A stretch of 64,000 nt of DNA. It comes from the human T2T-CHM13v2.0 reference genome, Homo sapiens. Shown here in pieces: positions 11,471 through 25,042 of the stretch. The stretch lies in the NCBI RefSeq assembly GCF_009914755.1, contig NC_060933.1. One strand, written 5' to 3'. Below the pieces are notes generated by a model. The model had not been told where the DNA came from. It saw only the letters and a list, made by a program, of their open reading frames with translations, and ran no database searches. Position 1 is the first letter of the stretch. Every line of letters begins with the position of its first letter. The position numbers were made by a program, and so were the translations under genes.

Positions 11471-11919
11471 TGTATTAGTTTCCTGAGGCTGCTGTAACAA
11501 ATCAGCACAAACTCCATGGCTTAAAAGAACAGAAGTTTATTCTCTCACCGTTCTGGAGGTGAGAAGTTCAAAATCTAGCAGGGCCGTGCTCCCTCTGTCG
11601 CTTTTTGGGAAGAATTCATTCTTTGTGTCTTCGAGCTTCTGGTGGCTCCATGCATTTCTTAGCTTGCCGTCACATCACTCCAATCTCTGCCTCCATGGTC
11701 ACAATGCCTCCTCTTCTGTGGCTTCTAAGGACACTTGTCATTGGATTTAGGGCCGACCCAGATAATCCAGGATGAAATCCTCATCTCCAGATCTTAGCTT
11801 AATTACATTTGCCAAGACTTTTTTTTTTTTTTTTTTTTTCCAAATAAGATGACATTCATGAGTTCTGGGAATTAGGATATGGAAATATCTTTTTTAGGGC
11901 CATCATTTAGCCCAGAACA
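11471..11919 (-). mobile_element. MLT1B-type LTR (5' LTR of the internal fragment)
   Basis: tgtattagtttcctgaggctgctgtaacaaa...taaggacacttgtcattggatttagggcc...aattacatttgccaagac. Confidence 0.8.
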
Positions 11920-12255
11920 GTCGCCATCACCTCATGGTTGTAGCTGACTCAGCTGTGATGCTAGTAATAGCTCTAATCCTCCCATTATGCAGATGGAAAA
12001 GCATAAGCCTGGGAAAATGATAAATGGCAGGACTCCAAACCAGGACTGCAAAGCATAGCAGCTTGGTTGTTCATTTCATGTTCTCTTCCATTCCTGCCCT
12101 ACTTCAGTCAATGGCTTGAACTGGGAAAGTGTATAAGGAAACTGCACTTTACTGCAGTGTTCTGAGAACTCAAAAAACATTGGCAGTGAGTGACTTTGAA
12201 ATCATTAAATCTTGTCCCACATGGCCCAGCCCACACTAATTCATGTAACTTCCTT

Positions 12256-12720
12256 TTTAGTTATCTTTTGTTACATAACAAAGCAACCCAGAACTTAATG
12301 TTTTAAACAACAATTTATTATTTCCCATAAATTGTTGACTAAGCATTCTTCTATTTCACTTGGTATCAGTAGGCTGGCGGTTGACACTGGGTGTTCTCTG
12401 GGAGCTCAACTAGGGCTATGGCTGGTGGCCATGGTTCTTCATTTTGTGGGCCTCTTCTTGTAGCTTCCTTACAGTAGAGTGACTTGGTTGCAAGAAAGAG
12501 CATCTCAAGAGGAAGAAAGCAGAAGCTGATGATTCTATTAAGGCCTGGCTTAGACACATTAGACTATTAGTTCACAGCATTCTACAGGTCAAAATAGTCA
12601 GAAGACCAACCCAGATTTAAAGGGAGGAGAAGTAAACTCCAATTCTCAGTAGAAGAACAATATGAATATTCAGAGATTGGAAGAATTGTTGACAGGTATC
12701 TTTGAAGGCCATTTACCACA
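12256..12720 (-). mobile_element. Old MLT1 (K-like) LTR
   Basis: tagttatcttttgttacataacaaa...cccagatttaaagggaggag...tttaccaca. Confidence 0.6.
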
Positions 12721-12984
12721 GGCTTCTTATCTCTACTCTACCAGTAGAGCTACCGTTATGGCTGTACAAGGATATACGGCTGGTTGAAATCCAGCTCATG
12801 CTCCACTTACAAGCCATTTGTTTGGCTGGGGCAGGACTGGTTCCATTCATGGAAAGAAATGCCTTTTCCACATTTTCCCTGTGGAGTCATCGTAGCTCTG
12901 TCTACCAGTAGACCCGTAAGTTGGCACTGTAGCGTCCACTATTATCATTCAACAAAACCGAGATTGCTAGCACAAGGAATTTGT

Positions 12985-13215
12985 AAAAGGGATGCTGGCC
13001 TTGAGTTCAGAACTCCTTTGTTTCAGACCTTCATGTACTACTTAATAGCCAAGGAGATCTGGGTAACTCACTTAACTCTTTGCAATGGAATTTATTCAAC
13101 TATAGAATAGAGAATAATTCTTGCTCTTTATCACTCCCACAGTGTGGTGAGAGTCAAATTAAATACATGTAAGACTACTGTGTAAGATATAGGGTACCAT
13201 AGAAATGTGAGTCTT
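12985..13215 (+). mobile_element. MIR
   Basis: ctgggtaactcacttaactct...gtggtgagagtcaaattaaata. Confidence 0.55.
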
Positions 13216-14087
13216 TATCTATAAAATATGCTCACTCCCACCTTCTTTTGCTGATGCCAGCTCCTATCTTCACTTGGGAACTGAAGCACAGATCAAGGCT
13301 CATGACACATTGGCCCAAATAAATCTCCCTACCAGGAACTACTCTACTAGAGGAAATTAGTAAGAATAAGTCATCTTTTTGTGATGACAAGAACTTCAAG
13401 TTGAAATAAAGATCATAAGATACTATTTCTTCTGTAACACATTTACTGGGTCCTCTTAACTATCAAACATGAGGAGTTAAGAATCTGTTCTTGTTCCTAC
13501 ACTATTCTATATTTATTTTCCAAAGCTCTCCAGGAGGAAGAATATCACCTGCCCACTCCAAATGAGTGCAATGCATGTTGAAAACACAAGGCACAGGGTA
13601 AATGACAGATAATTACCAAGTGCACATTAACATTCTGGCATATTTTGGTGCCACTCTCTGGCATCTTTTTTGTGCTACAGTCCATTGAACTGCATCACTC
13701 TGATGACCAAATAATGAATTACAGTCCATTTATGAAAGCATCGTGTGTTTAATGCTAACCTCCTACATCTCCTCAACACCCTGACGATGACAACATATGC
13801 AAGCACAAGGTGGGGCTGAATAAATACAATTTCCCATTTTTATAGCTAATAAATATGCTTTGTAGAATGATGCCTCCAAGAATAGTTTTATATTTTTTTC
13901 CATGAAAAAGAATTCATCCGCAGAGTGGCCTTGTCATGCATTTGTGTGGTAGAGAATGAACATAGATGCCAAAAGAGAGCTACATTTACCCTTGTGGAAT
14001 AGGGATAGAATCTATTGTTCAGCAACACATTAATGCAACATGATAGGATCTGAAATACTGCAGTATTGTACTTACTGTCTTTTTTAT

Positions 14088-14330
14088 TAATAATAAGGTG
14101 CTACTTACTATTTGCCAAAATCTGTGACAAGTGCCCTCTATTTATTTATTTATTTATTTATTTAATCCTCACCTTAGCCCCTACAAGGTAGTTATTTCTA
14201 TACCTGTTTTATAGATGAGAAATTTAAGGCTAGAGAGGACACCTAGCCTGTCTAATGTGACTCAGAAAATAAGTGCTAGAACTGGGGTTCAAATCCAAGT
14301 CAAACTATCTCCAAATCACGTGTTCTTATA
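14088..14330 (-). mobile_element. MIR with internal (TTTA)n
   Basis: tttaatcctcac...ttttatagatgagaaatttaaggctagagag...ggggttcaaatccaag. Confidence 0.7.
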
Positions 14331-15009
14331 TAGCTCATTATATAGTTTTGGCTTCTGGAAAAATAATGTCAGTTGTTCCAGTAAGCTTTTTTATAGAATT
14401 CCAAACTCCATGCTCTTTGGGCCAAAGGAAGTAACAAATCCCATCAGTCCTATCACTCTGCACTCCATCTCCAGAGGAGTTCTGGCTTTTATCTCTCATC
14501 TGAATTTCAGTAAGTAAGCACCTGTGACTTAGACTTTCCAATCTCAAAAGTGCAGAAATTAGAAGTAGCAAATGTCTAAAATGTGCCAGCCCATTGGAGT
14601 TGTCTTTTAGACCACTCAAGCCGACTTTCAAGCCAGATTCTGTAGTATGTAATATACCAGAATATACCAGAACAAGCAAATCCAACTCCAAAAGTATAAG
14701 CGAGTTGATGCTAATTTTACTAATTTTTATGGTGATGGAAAATTCACATCACACACCAGATGGCAATAACACAAAAAATTATTAGACATCTTTGTTTCCT
14801 CCTTATCATCCAATTTATGCCTACCTGCTCTTTTCTCCTCTATAATCTCTTCAAATGCTCTTTATCAAGTTGATTCTTCTCACAGTTTGAATACCCAGCT
14901 CAGTAAAATAAGACTTCATTAGAAAGGAGAGCCAGCTAATAAATAATAATTTTGATTTGTTCTCTCTCATATAAGTTAGTGACAGTCCCAAAGAATTCCA
15001 GAAGGCACA

Positions 15010-15180
15010 TTCACATTTATTGAGTGCTATATGTGTAGATGCTTTTGTATAAATCAACAACTAAAAACTAAGACACAAGATCAATACTGTATTACTATCC
15101 TCATTTTTACATGGGATGAAATTGAGTCTCAGAGAAGTTAATTTGTCCGTGTTCACACAGTTAATCAGTTGAAAAACCAG
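15010..15180 (-). mobile_element. MIR fragment
   Basis: ctatcctcatttttacatgggatgaaattgagtctcagagaagtta. Confidence 0.6.
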
Positions 15181-15363
15181 ACTACGCTCCATCAACATAC
15201 ATTTTTGGCTTAGCACAGAGCCCCCTATAGATAATCAAAATATTTATTGACTAAACTTATACTTGGTACAAATGAACTTAAACCTGTGCTAGAGTATTGC
15301 AATCAAGACCATCATTTCAGTAACTAGGTGAGTACTTAAGGATAATAAGAAAAACTACAGTCG

Positions 15364-15700
15364 GGCTGAGTGCAGTGGTTCATGCCTGTAATCTCAGCAC
15401 TTTGGGAGGCCGAGGCAGGCAGATCACCTGAAGTCAGGAGTTCTAGACCAGCCTGGCCAACATAGCAAAACCTTGTCTCTACTAAAAAAAAAAAAAAAAA
15501 AAAAAATTAACCAGGCGTGGTGGCACACGCCTGTAATCCCAGTTACTCAGGAGGCTGAGACATGAGAATTGCTTGAACCCAGGAGGCAGAAGTTACAGTG
15601 AGCCGAGATTGCACCACTGCACTCCAGCCTGGGTGACAGAGCAAGACTCTGTCTCAATAAATACATACATACATACATACATAAACACATAAACAAACAA
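15364..15700 (+). mobile_element. AluSx-type with (ATAC)n-derived tail
   Basis: Full dimer, GATCACCTGA diagnostic, imperfect TSD aaaaactacagtc/aaaaactgcaatt. Confidence 0.93.
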
Positions 15701-15910
15701 AAACTGCAATTGTAAGGGATAAATTGTATAATATTTGGTAAATGCAAACTCCTTTAAAAGAATTTGGAGGCCAAAATTTCAAAGGGAAAGAAATAGAGCA
15801 AGTTTTACATGTGCAGAATAAAGTAAAAAACATAGCCCTAGTTTTGAACACTTGGAGTCACAGTAGTTATCTTTGGCCTTTCCTCATCACTGACAAAAGG
15901 GACAAGTTCT

Positions 15911-16590
<680 letters not shown>

Positions 16591-16814
16591 CTCCGCCATC
16601 CCTGTTTCCTTTTCTTTACAGCTGTACAAGTAGGCAGTAGTTCTAAGACTCTCACATGATTGGGAGAGGGCAGCAGTGATACCTCCCACTTCTAGGTCTG
16701 CCCCATTAACATCTCTTATACAGTCCTTCGTACCTTCTCACCACACTCGCACCTTCTCATGGAGGATTTAGAGGACAGAAAAGTGGTAAGACGGAGTGAA
16801 CCTGTATCCCTGGA

Positions 16815-17340
16815 TATCTTAGCTTGGGTTCCCTGAAAGCAGAGCCTCTGAAAGGGACTTTGGTACAGGTTGTTTGAGCAGTGATTTATTTCAGCAAGCA
16901 GAATGAGGAAGCAGAGATGGTTAGCACGTAGATGAAGGAAGCTACTATTAGGGTGCGTTATTCAGGTTGCTGCTGTGAGCAAGGAAAGCATAGTCCCTGA
17001 AATCCCCTGAGAGGCATGCTGAATACCCTGGGAGGGTCTTCCTAAAGATGGAAAAGGTCTGAGCATCTGTGCATCAGCTGTCATCAGCAAAGGGCTGCCT
17101 TCAAGGGTGTTAATCCTCCTGTCCTTCTAAGCTGCACAAGCACTAGGATTGCATGGGCACCACCCATGCCTCCCAGAGGGACTGTGGAGTCCAAGGTGAC
17201 CCAGGGAGAGAACAAGGAAGAGGAGCATTGTGTGGCAGAAGGTGAGATGCTGCCAGCAAGAATTGTTTGTACCTGCCGTAGTTGGAAATCAGAGGCCAGG
17301 TCCAAAGGATGTAGATTGGGACCTACAATGTGTCTGCTGA
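16815..17340 (-). mobile_element. LTR33-group ERVL LTR
   Basis: tcttagcttgggttccctgaaagcagagcc...ggaaatcagaggccaggtccaaaggatgtag. Confidence 0.6.
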
Positions 17341-17649
17341 AAAACAATGTGAGCAGAGCTCTCCACTCACCACCCACTCACAAACCGAACCCACAATGGA
17401 CCATGACATGAGTGAAAAACAAGCTTTTATAGCAGCAAGTCAGAATTTTAGGGCTTTTGTTTTGTCTTGCTATTGAAATGTCTAAGTTAGCCTGATTAAT
17501 GTTAATGAAAGAGTGGACAACCCAGAACCTATACAGTTTTTTGTTTTTGTCTTAACCATGATAGATGTTTAATGATCATTATTAGTTGGATATTAGCTAT
17601 TCAGAACCTTAGAGGTAAACTATGATAAAGTAAAAATTATTTTTCTAAA

Positions 17650-18410
17650 CTCATTGGCAAATTGTAAATACAGTATAAATTTCAATGATGCTGAAATTTT
17701 TATTTTTCAAATAATCAAGATTTTTAAAGACTAATAATATTCACGATACTGAAAGAAGGGTGATAAAGTAGTTGTATACAACAAATGTTATGGGAAGGAT
17801 AAATTGGTAAACTTTTCTATAAATTAACTTGGAGACATATGTCAAAAAATTCTAAAAAATCATATTGATATTCTTAGATTCTGAAGATACTTAATCTATT
17901 TAAGTCTTGCATTACCCAGGAAAGTATTCAAAATTACTCCTTTGAGCCTTTCAGTAAGCATTTCCTAAGGAAATAGTCATAAATTCAGACAAAGATTAAG
18001 GCATAAGGAAATAATACACCATTATTTATAATAGTATACAATTGGAAATGAACTAAATGTTCCACAATTGGAGATTCATTAAATTATAGCACATCCATAT
18101 AATGGACTATTATGGGCTCATCATAATTTCTGACTTCAAAAATACTTAATGTCCTTGGGAAGTGTTCATGCATAATGTTAAATGAAAAAAGATACAAATT
18201 TGCATATGAAATACAGTATGTAATGCAAAATATATATACACAAATTAACAATTGGAGAAAAATGTATTAAAACATTAACTCTATATCAACATTGTAACAA
18301 TATACCTGCTAGCAATAGAATTGAAGCTAATTTTAATTTTATTAGTTTATTTTCTAAATTTGCTATTGTTTGTTAGTATATATTTCCATTACTATTATAA
18401 AATTATTAAA
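17650..18410 (+). mobile_element. Old L1ME-type 3' region
   Basis: attatttataatagtatacaattggaaatgaactaaatgttccacaattggaga...catccatataatggactattatg. Confidence 0.6.
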
Positions 18411-18959
18411 ATGTTTTAAATTGCATTTCCTAAGTATATTTTATATGTAATGATGGATCTACTTTGGGTACAAGTTAGGTGTGTTAAAAGAGTTTCCCTG
18501 AGACACCTGGAGCTTTTTGCTAGCAAAGCTTGCCACTGGGGGACAAGGTTGTTTAGGCCTCCTCTCCAGCCACAGTGATTCTCTGGTGGTTTTATGCACA
18601 CATAGCACTACCTCCGTGCCTTCAGACCGCTGTTTCCTGTACTTAGAGGGGAACAGGAGTGACTGAGCAGGAAGCATGAGAGAAAGGAGGAAGAAAAGCA
18701 AGCATGTGGGTGCATCATCATTGTTACTGTCCTGAGCCAAGACACTTGGTATGTGGGGACCTCCTCAGAAGCCTGCAGGAGGTCCCCCCAGATTTCTCTA
18801 CCCAAAGGACAAGAGTGAAGAGCATTTAGCCTTCATTCTCCATCTTCTATTGGTTAAGGACTGCTCCAGGAGTCATAACTGTCTTGCATGTCTAAAGTGC
18901 ATACCCACTGGAGCTGCCTCCCCTCCCTCTGAATCCCCTGAACTTATTCCTGTTTACCA

Positions 18960-19290
18960 CTCAGGATTCACCTCATAGTTTCTTTGGGAAGACTCCCCTG
19001 ATCATTCTTCACACCACTCTCCAAACACTCTCTTAGGTACCCCTATTACAAACACCCTTAGCATAATGTTCTCCTATAATAAAAATAGCATTGATCACTC
19101 ATCCTGTAAGTACTGGTTTCCCAAGCTTTCTCTCCCACTATCAGCAATGCAAAGGAAGGGAATAGGTCTTTGGTGTTTGTTCATTTGTTTGTTTGTTCTT
19201 TTCATTTCTGTATTCATGACTGTATTCTGTATCCACATAGGACCTGGCAATGATAGGCACTTAATAGATAAATATCAGTTGAATGAATGC
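18960..19290 (+). mobile_element. L2 3' end
   Basis: ggacctggcaatgataggcacttaatagataaatatcagttgaatgaatg. Confidence 0.65.
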
Positions 19291-19587
19291 AGCAGGCAAT
19301 GATATTCTTTTAACTAAACATAAACATTATGTCAATATCCCTTACATTGTCTTCAGATGGCTGACTGAGTCACTGCTGTCCTCCTCAGCCACGTCTTTAC
19401 AACCTCTACTCCTACACAACATCTCACTGAAGTGTCAGATAAGCTGCAGAAAGCAGAACTATATGAAAGCCTGTGCCATCTGTTATTTGTATGCCAAGGT
19501 GGACCAAACCCTAAAGAGAACTTAAGCAGTAGAGCATGTAATTATTATAAATTCGTTCCAAATCTGCCCCTCTTCTTAGCTTTACAA

Positions 19588-19663
19588 GTGTACATATATG
19601 TGTATATATATACATATATATATAGATGTGTATATATATATATATATATACATATATATATAG

Positions 19664-19710
<47 letters not shown>
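19588..19710. repeat. Compound (TA)n microsatellite
   Basis: GTG(TA)5CA(TA)5GAT-GTG(TA)10CA(TA)5GAT-GTG(TA)21. Confidence 0.97.
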
Positions 19711-19712
<2 letters not shown>

Positions 19713-20505
19713 CCTTCTTTCTACCAGCCTAAATTTGCTATCTCAGTGAGTCCTGCTCTCTGACCTCATCAGTAATAATCCTTTTGGATTGGAGGAGTTA
19801 GGACTCCTCAATTCTGATTTGTAAAAGCTACTTTTTTCTTTTTTTGACCTGCTGGCCCTCCCTAAAAACCCCTACTCAAAACAGTCTAAGATTCACTTTA
19901 ACTTTCTCAATATGCTTTACATATTTTATTTATTAAAAATCCAAAAAGGTATTTTTCAATGTCATATCCATTTTTATTTGTAAAATGACAGAAAGACAAT
20001 AGTATACTTGATGTTCTTGATTTTTACCCACAGTTATTTCAGTCATATTCTTAGCAAAATTTATTAAGTATCTGCCAAGAATTCTTAACAGGGTCCTCCT
20101 ATTCTCCTCCTCCACTACATAGCACTCAATCTCTCTGCACAAAACATGTTGAAAACATAGTTAAAGAATATTAATTTGAAAAGACAACAAATTCTTAGCT
20201 TTTTCAGAATACCCACAGTTGTAGGTCTGACTGAGCACTTAGCTATACTATGTTTCAGTTATGACTTCAGGTAGGTTATACTTCCTCTACATAGACAGAG
20301 GCATGACCCACTATCCTTGCAATCTCAGACACCTTATAGGTAGCCATTTATGACTTACAGAGGGACAATTGGGAGTATCCAATGACCAGATCTTGGAGAA
20401 AATCAGACCAATATTGGAACCATTGAACGCTAATGATTTTCTTAATCCATTAAACATTCTTTGCTTATAAACACACTGCTACAAATGACATTCTGCAGTC
20501 TAGAC

Positions 20506-20715
20506 CAGGGGTCAGCAAAGTTTTTCTGTAAAGGGTCAGATAGTAAATATTTCAGGCTTTGTGGGCCATTTAGTCTGTTGTAACTACTCAACTTCACTGT
20601 TGTAGTGCAAAAGCTACCACAACAAACGAAACGGGCTATGTTTCAATAAAACTTTATCTATTAAAACAGATGGCGGGCTGGATTTGGCCCATAGGCTGCA
20701 GTTTGCCAATCCCTA
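20506..20715. mobile_element. MER58A (hAT-Charlie) with TIRs and 8-bp TSD
   Basis: caggggtcagcaaag...gtttgccaatcccta; TSD gtctagac (20498-20505) / gtctatac (20716-20723). Confidence 0.88.
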
Positions 20716-20944
20716 GTCTATACAAATAGCTATTATTCTCAAAAAATCTAAAAGTTCAAAGCAAGACTGTACTGTTTTCAATAATTAAACTTATTTACAA
20801 GGATGACATTAGCATGGCTATTTCTTTCATCAAAGCCGCTACATAGAATTAACTTGACCTCCTGCTCTAATATAGAGTGGCCATCAAAATGCAGCAATCA
20901 GGCTACTTGGCTCTTTTGCAGTTTTACTGATAGAGCTCCAGGGG

Positions 20945-20948
<4 letters not shown>

Positions 20949-20988
<40 letters not shown>
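20949..20988. repeat. (GT)20 microsatellite
   Basis: Read directly from the sequence. Confidence 0.97.
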
Positions 20989-20992
<4 letters not shown>

Positions 20993-21769
20993 CAGCAATA
21001 CCCAGCAACCCATAGCAAAATTTATGCTAAGTAAGGAAATCTAATTATGTCCAAATAATCAGAATCTGTATATTTTGATTAAAAGTAACAGGAAAAACTA
21101 ATTTGATTTCCTAATGTGATACACAAAGACAAACTTCCTGTGTCAGGGACTCCCTAGTAATCCTGCTGAAAGGCTGCGCCACTCCAAGTTGGCATCTGCT
21201 TAAAGTAGAAGGAAATTATCCTTCTGGAAAAATACAGCCGGCAGATTGTATAAGTATCTGCCCACCTCTACCTTCTCTTGTTCAGGTCATTTCTTGCTGA
21301 AACTGGATTTGTACTGATTAGAGGATTATAGGATTATATGTTATAGTTTTCAGAGAAATCAGGATAGAGGCTACTATGCAACCTTACAATGAAAAAGCTA
21401 TTTCCTATTCAGGGTTTAGTTTCACTCGAAGAAAAGAAAACTAACTATGACTCAGAGGAACTTGAGTGCATGAAAAAATTAGACCAAAGGATGGTAGACC
21501 TGGGGTAACAGAGTGTTTGAAGACTTAGTTACTCAGAAGTCAACCCCAATCATGACAGGTGGGCTCCTCTATGCCAGGTTCTTTCACTTGTCAAAATTCA
21601 TTGGAATCAGTCCTATTTACAATCTTTTCCAAACAGTGGTAAGGAAGAATTAATCTTTTATATCAACTCACACTGATAACCAGTTTGCAAGCATAGTTTA
21701 CTTTAAACAGAAGTAATGCGTCTGATTCTATTAGGATAATTCAATTTTGGATTTGCATTCTAAGCTAGA

Positions 21770-21910
21770 GGTTTTTAACCTTATTAGTAGTCTGATGATG
21801 ACTCTGGATCCTTATCAGAGTAAGGTTTTTAAATTCATAAAGTAAAATACATTAAAAAATACGTGTGAATACAAAGGGAACAAAATTTACTGAAATTCTA
21901 TTGTCAAAGT
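21770..21910. mobile_element. hAT-Charlie fragment (MER119-like)
   Basis: agtctgatgatgactctggatccttatcagagtaaggtttttaaattcataaagtaaaatac. Confidence 0.45.
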
Positions 21911-22769
21911 GTGTTAGCATCTTTTGTCCACCCCGCTATCTCCACTTCTTCATCTCTACTTTTTCACCTCTTTGTCACTCATTGTTCTCTAATTAAATAG
22001 AGATTGGATAACGAAAAATAATCTTTTAAAGAAACCAAGAGCCTCTGCCTTTCTATGATTCCAAGTAGCTTTGAAGTAAAACTGCCAGTAACAGAAGAAT
22101 GCTAATGAGGTGAGTCTATGTTTTACCTAGAACTAGATTAGGTGAAAGACATTTAGCATTTTCTCACCTCACGTTCTTGGCATAGAATGCATCTCGCTAG
22201 TGTAGACTGTAGACATTGGTTTCTGATTCTTCCAACCAACACACCGTACCTGAGGACCCCTGCCCACAATTTGCATCCCAGCTCAGATAATTCAAAACTT
22301 CTTCTGGGAACCATCACTGGCTCCCAGGATTTTGGGCAAGATTGCCATCTTCTGTATGCCAATTGTACATTGAACATTAGAGAACTCTTCAAGCTTTATA
22401 ATAATTCCCTATTTACATGTAAACCTGTCTATCCCCATACATGGTTTTCTCCCAATTCCTTAACATGTGCCAAAACCTTGAACAAATAAAACTATTTGTT
22501 GAAAAAAAATTCTAAAAAGGCAGCCCCCAGCCACTGCCACCTCTTCATTATCATTCCTTGCTATTATATCATTCCCCAAAAAACTCTACAAAGTGGGTGG
22601 TGTAAGATGTCTTTTTTTAGGATAAGAAAGAACTCAGATTAATGACAAAAATTACTACTTGAAGCCCCAAGATTTTCTTTTATAGTATCTTATTATAACC
22701 AGTTCTTGGCCTTATACTAAAGCTGGAGTATAAGATAGATTTCAAACACCCAATAATTCGTGACTCCAT

Positions 22770-24505
22770 GAATATTCATGTCAGCAGAACTCATAATACC
22801 TCCAAACTAGACACTACCTAAATGTCCAGTGAAGGCAGAATGTGTGAATAGATTATAATGCATTCATTTAGCAGAATACTAGAGAGTCATGAGAATAAAG
22901 AAATTACTTGCAAAGATATGGATGAATCTCACAATAAAATTTGAGTGTAAAAAGCCAGCAAAATATATACATACTAGATGAGTTAATTAAAAATAAGTTA
23001 AGTGGGAAAGAATAGCTTTTCCAACAAATGGTGCTCAGATTACTGGATATCTACATGCAAAAATGTAAAATAAAATAAATTTGGATTCCTGCCATACACC
23101 ATATGCAAAAATTACAATGAAATGAACCAGAGATCAAAATATAGGTGTAAATATTTATGACCTTGGATTAGGCGATTTTTTATGTGATACCAAAAACACA
23201 CACACACAAATAGATCAGCTGGACATTATCAAAAGTTTTTCAAAGAAAACCATCAAAAAAGTGAAAAGACAATCCAAAGAATGGAAAAATGGTTTTCCAA
23301 ATTATATATCTGATAAAAGACTTGCATCTAGAACACATGACAAATTATTGCAATTCAATAATAAAATGGCAAATAATCCAAATTAGAAGTGGATAAAGTA
23401 TCTGAATAGAGGGGTTTCCAAAGAAGATATACAAATGGCCAACAAGCACATGAAAATATGTTCAACATCTTTTCATTAGCCATCAGGGAAATGCAAATAA
23501 AAACCACAATGAGGTACCACTTCACACCCACTATGATGGCTATAATTAAAAAGACAGACAATAATAAGCATGGGCAAGGATGTGGAGAAATCTAAATTTT
23601 TATACACTGCTGGTTGAAATATAAAATGGTGCCATTGCTTTGGAAAACATTTTGGCAGTTCTTCAAACATTTACACACACAGTTACTATATGGTCAGCAA
23701 TTCTACTCCTAGGAATATGCCCAAGAGAAATGAAGACAATGAGAAAACACATGTCTACAAAATTTATTAATGGATATTTATAGCAGCACTATTCATAAAA
23801 TTCAAAATGTGAGAAGAGCCCAAATATTCATTTATAGATGAATGCATAAATAAAAATGTGACATCCTCATACAATGGAATATTATTCAGCAACAAAAAGA
23901 ACTGAAGCATGCTATGACATGAATGAGCCTTGAAAATATTATGCTAAGTAAAAGAAGCCAGTCATAAACAGCACGTATTTTATTATCTTACTTATATGAA
24001 TTGTCATAGGCAACTATGATATAGAATAGGTAACTCTATAGAAAATGGAGAATAGATAAGTGGTAACTTAGGGCTGAGGGTAGGGTGGAAGAAGGGGTTG
24101 AAGAGTAATGGCTAAGGGGTATGCGGTTTTTGTGGGGATAACAAAAATGTAAAATTGATTTCATTGATGATTGCATAACTCTTTGAATGTACTAAAAGCC
24201 ATTGGATGGTACACTTTAAATCGGTAAATTGCATACTATGCGAATTATATATCAATAAAGCTGTTTCTTTAAATGGTTGAAACTAATCCACATGTTAAAA
24301 GTCAAGAGAGTGGTTACCCTTTGAGGAGGCCAGTGGTAACTTGAAGGAAGCTCAAGAGAGATTTCTGGGATGACAGTGATGTTCTGTTTCTTGATCTGAG
24401 TTTAAAAGTACATGAGTATGTTCACTTTGTGAAAATCCATTGATCTGTACCCTTACCACTTGTGTGCCTTTTCGTGTTTGTGTTTTCACTCAACATTGTT
24501 TTAAC
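22770..24505 (+). mobile_element. L1ME-type 3' end, split by an L1MB (pieces about 22770-22990 and 24275-24505)
   Basis: atggatgaatctcacaa...aagccag on the left; aagtcaagagagtggttaccctttg...gttctgtttcttgatctg on the right. Confidence 0.65.
23000..24270 (+). mobile_element. L1MB-type ORF2 end and 3'UTR
   Basis: caacaaatggtgct...agggaaatgcaaataaaaaccacaatgaggtaccacttcacaccc...aattatatatcaataaagctg. Confidence 0.8.
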
Positions 24506-24524
24506 CTGAAAAAATCTATCCAGA

Positions 24525-25042
24525 TGTGGCAGCCAGGAAGATAGTCCCCCAAACTGTCCACATCCTAATCTCAGGAACATGTGACTCTGTTATCTTATAT
24601 GGCAAAGAAAAATTAAGGTTGTTGTGGAGTTAAGGTTGTTAATGAGCTGATATTAAAATAGAAAAAAGACCCTGGATTATTTGTGTGATTCCTATGTAAT
24701 CACAAGATTCGTGAAACTAAAAGAGGGAATCAAAAGAGAGATGAGAGTGACGTGATGTGATGTGAGAAGTACTAAACCTACCACTGCTGGCTTTGAGAAA
24801 GGAGGAAGGTGCCACAAGAGAGGAATACAGCAGCCTCCGGAAGCTGGAAAGGCAAGGAAACAATCCTCTCCAGAGCCTACAGAAAGGAACGCATCCCTGC
24901 CAACACCTGACACCTTGATTGTAGCCCAAAGAGACCCATGTTAGAGTTCTGGCCTGCAGAACTGTAAGTGAATAAATTTGTGTTGTTAAAGCCACCAAGT
25001 TTCTGGTAACGTGTGAGGACAGCCATGTATGCACTGGTAGAC
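24525..25042 (+). mobile_element. MLT1D-type LTR
   Basis: tgtggcag...gaagctggaaaggcaaggaaac...ccagagcctacagaaaggaacgc...gaataaatttgtgttg. Confidence 0.8.

Noticed and set aside
19432-19749. 105-aa ORF with IYIY repeats (similarly 43023-43340 with YLSI)
   Set aside because: Open only because it crosses a microsatellite.
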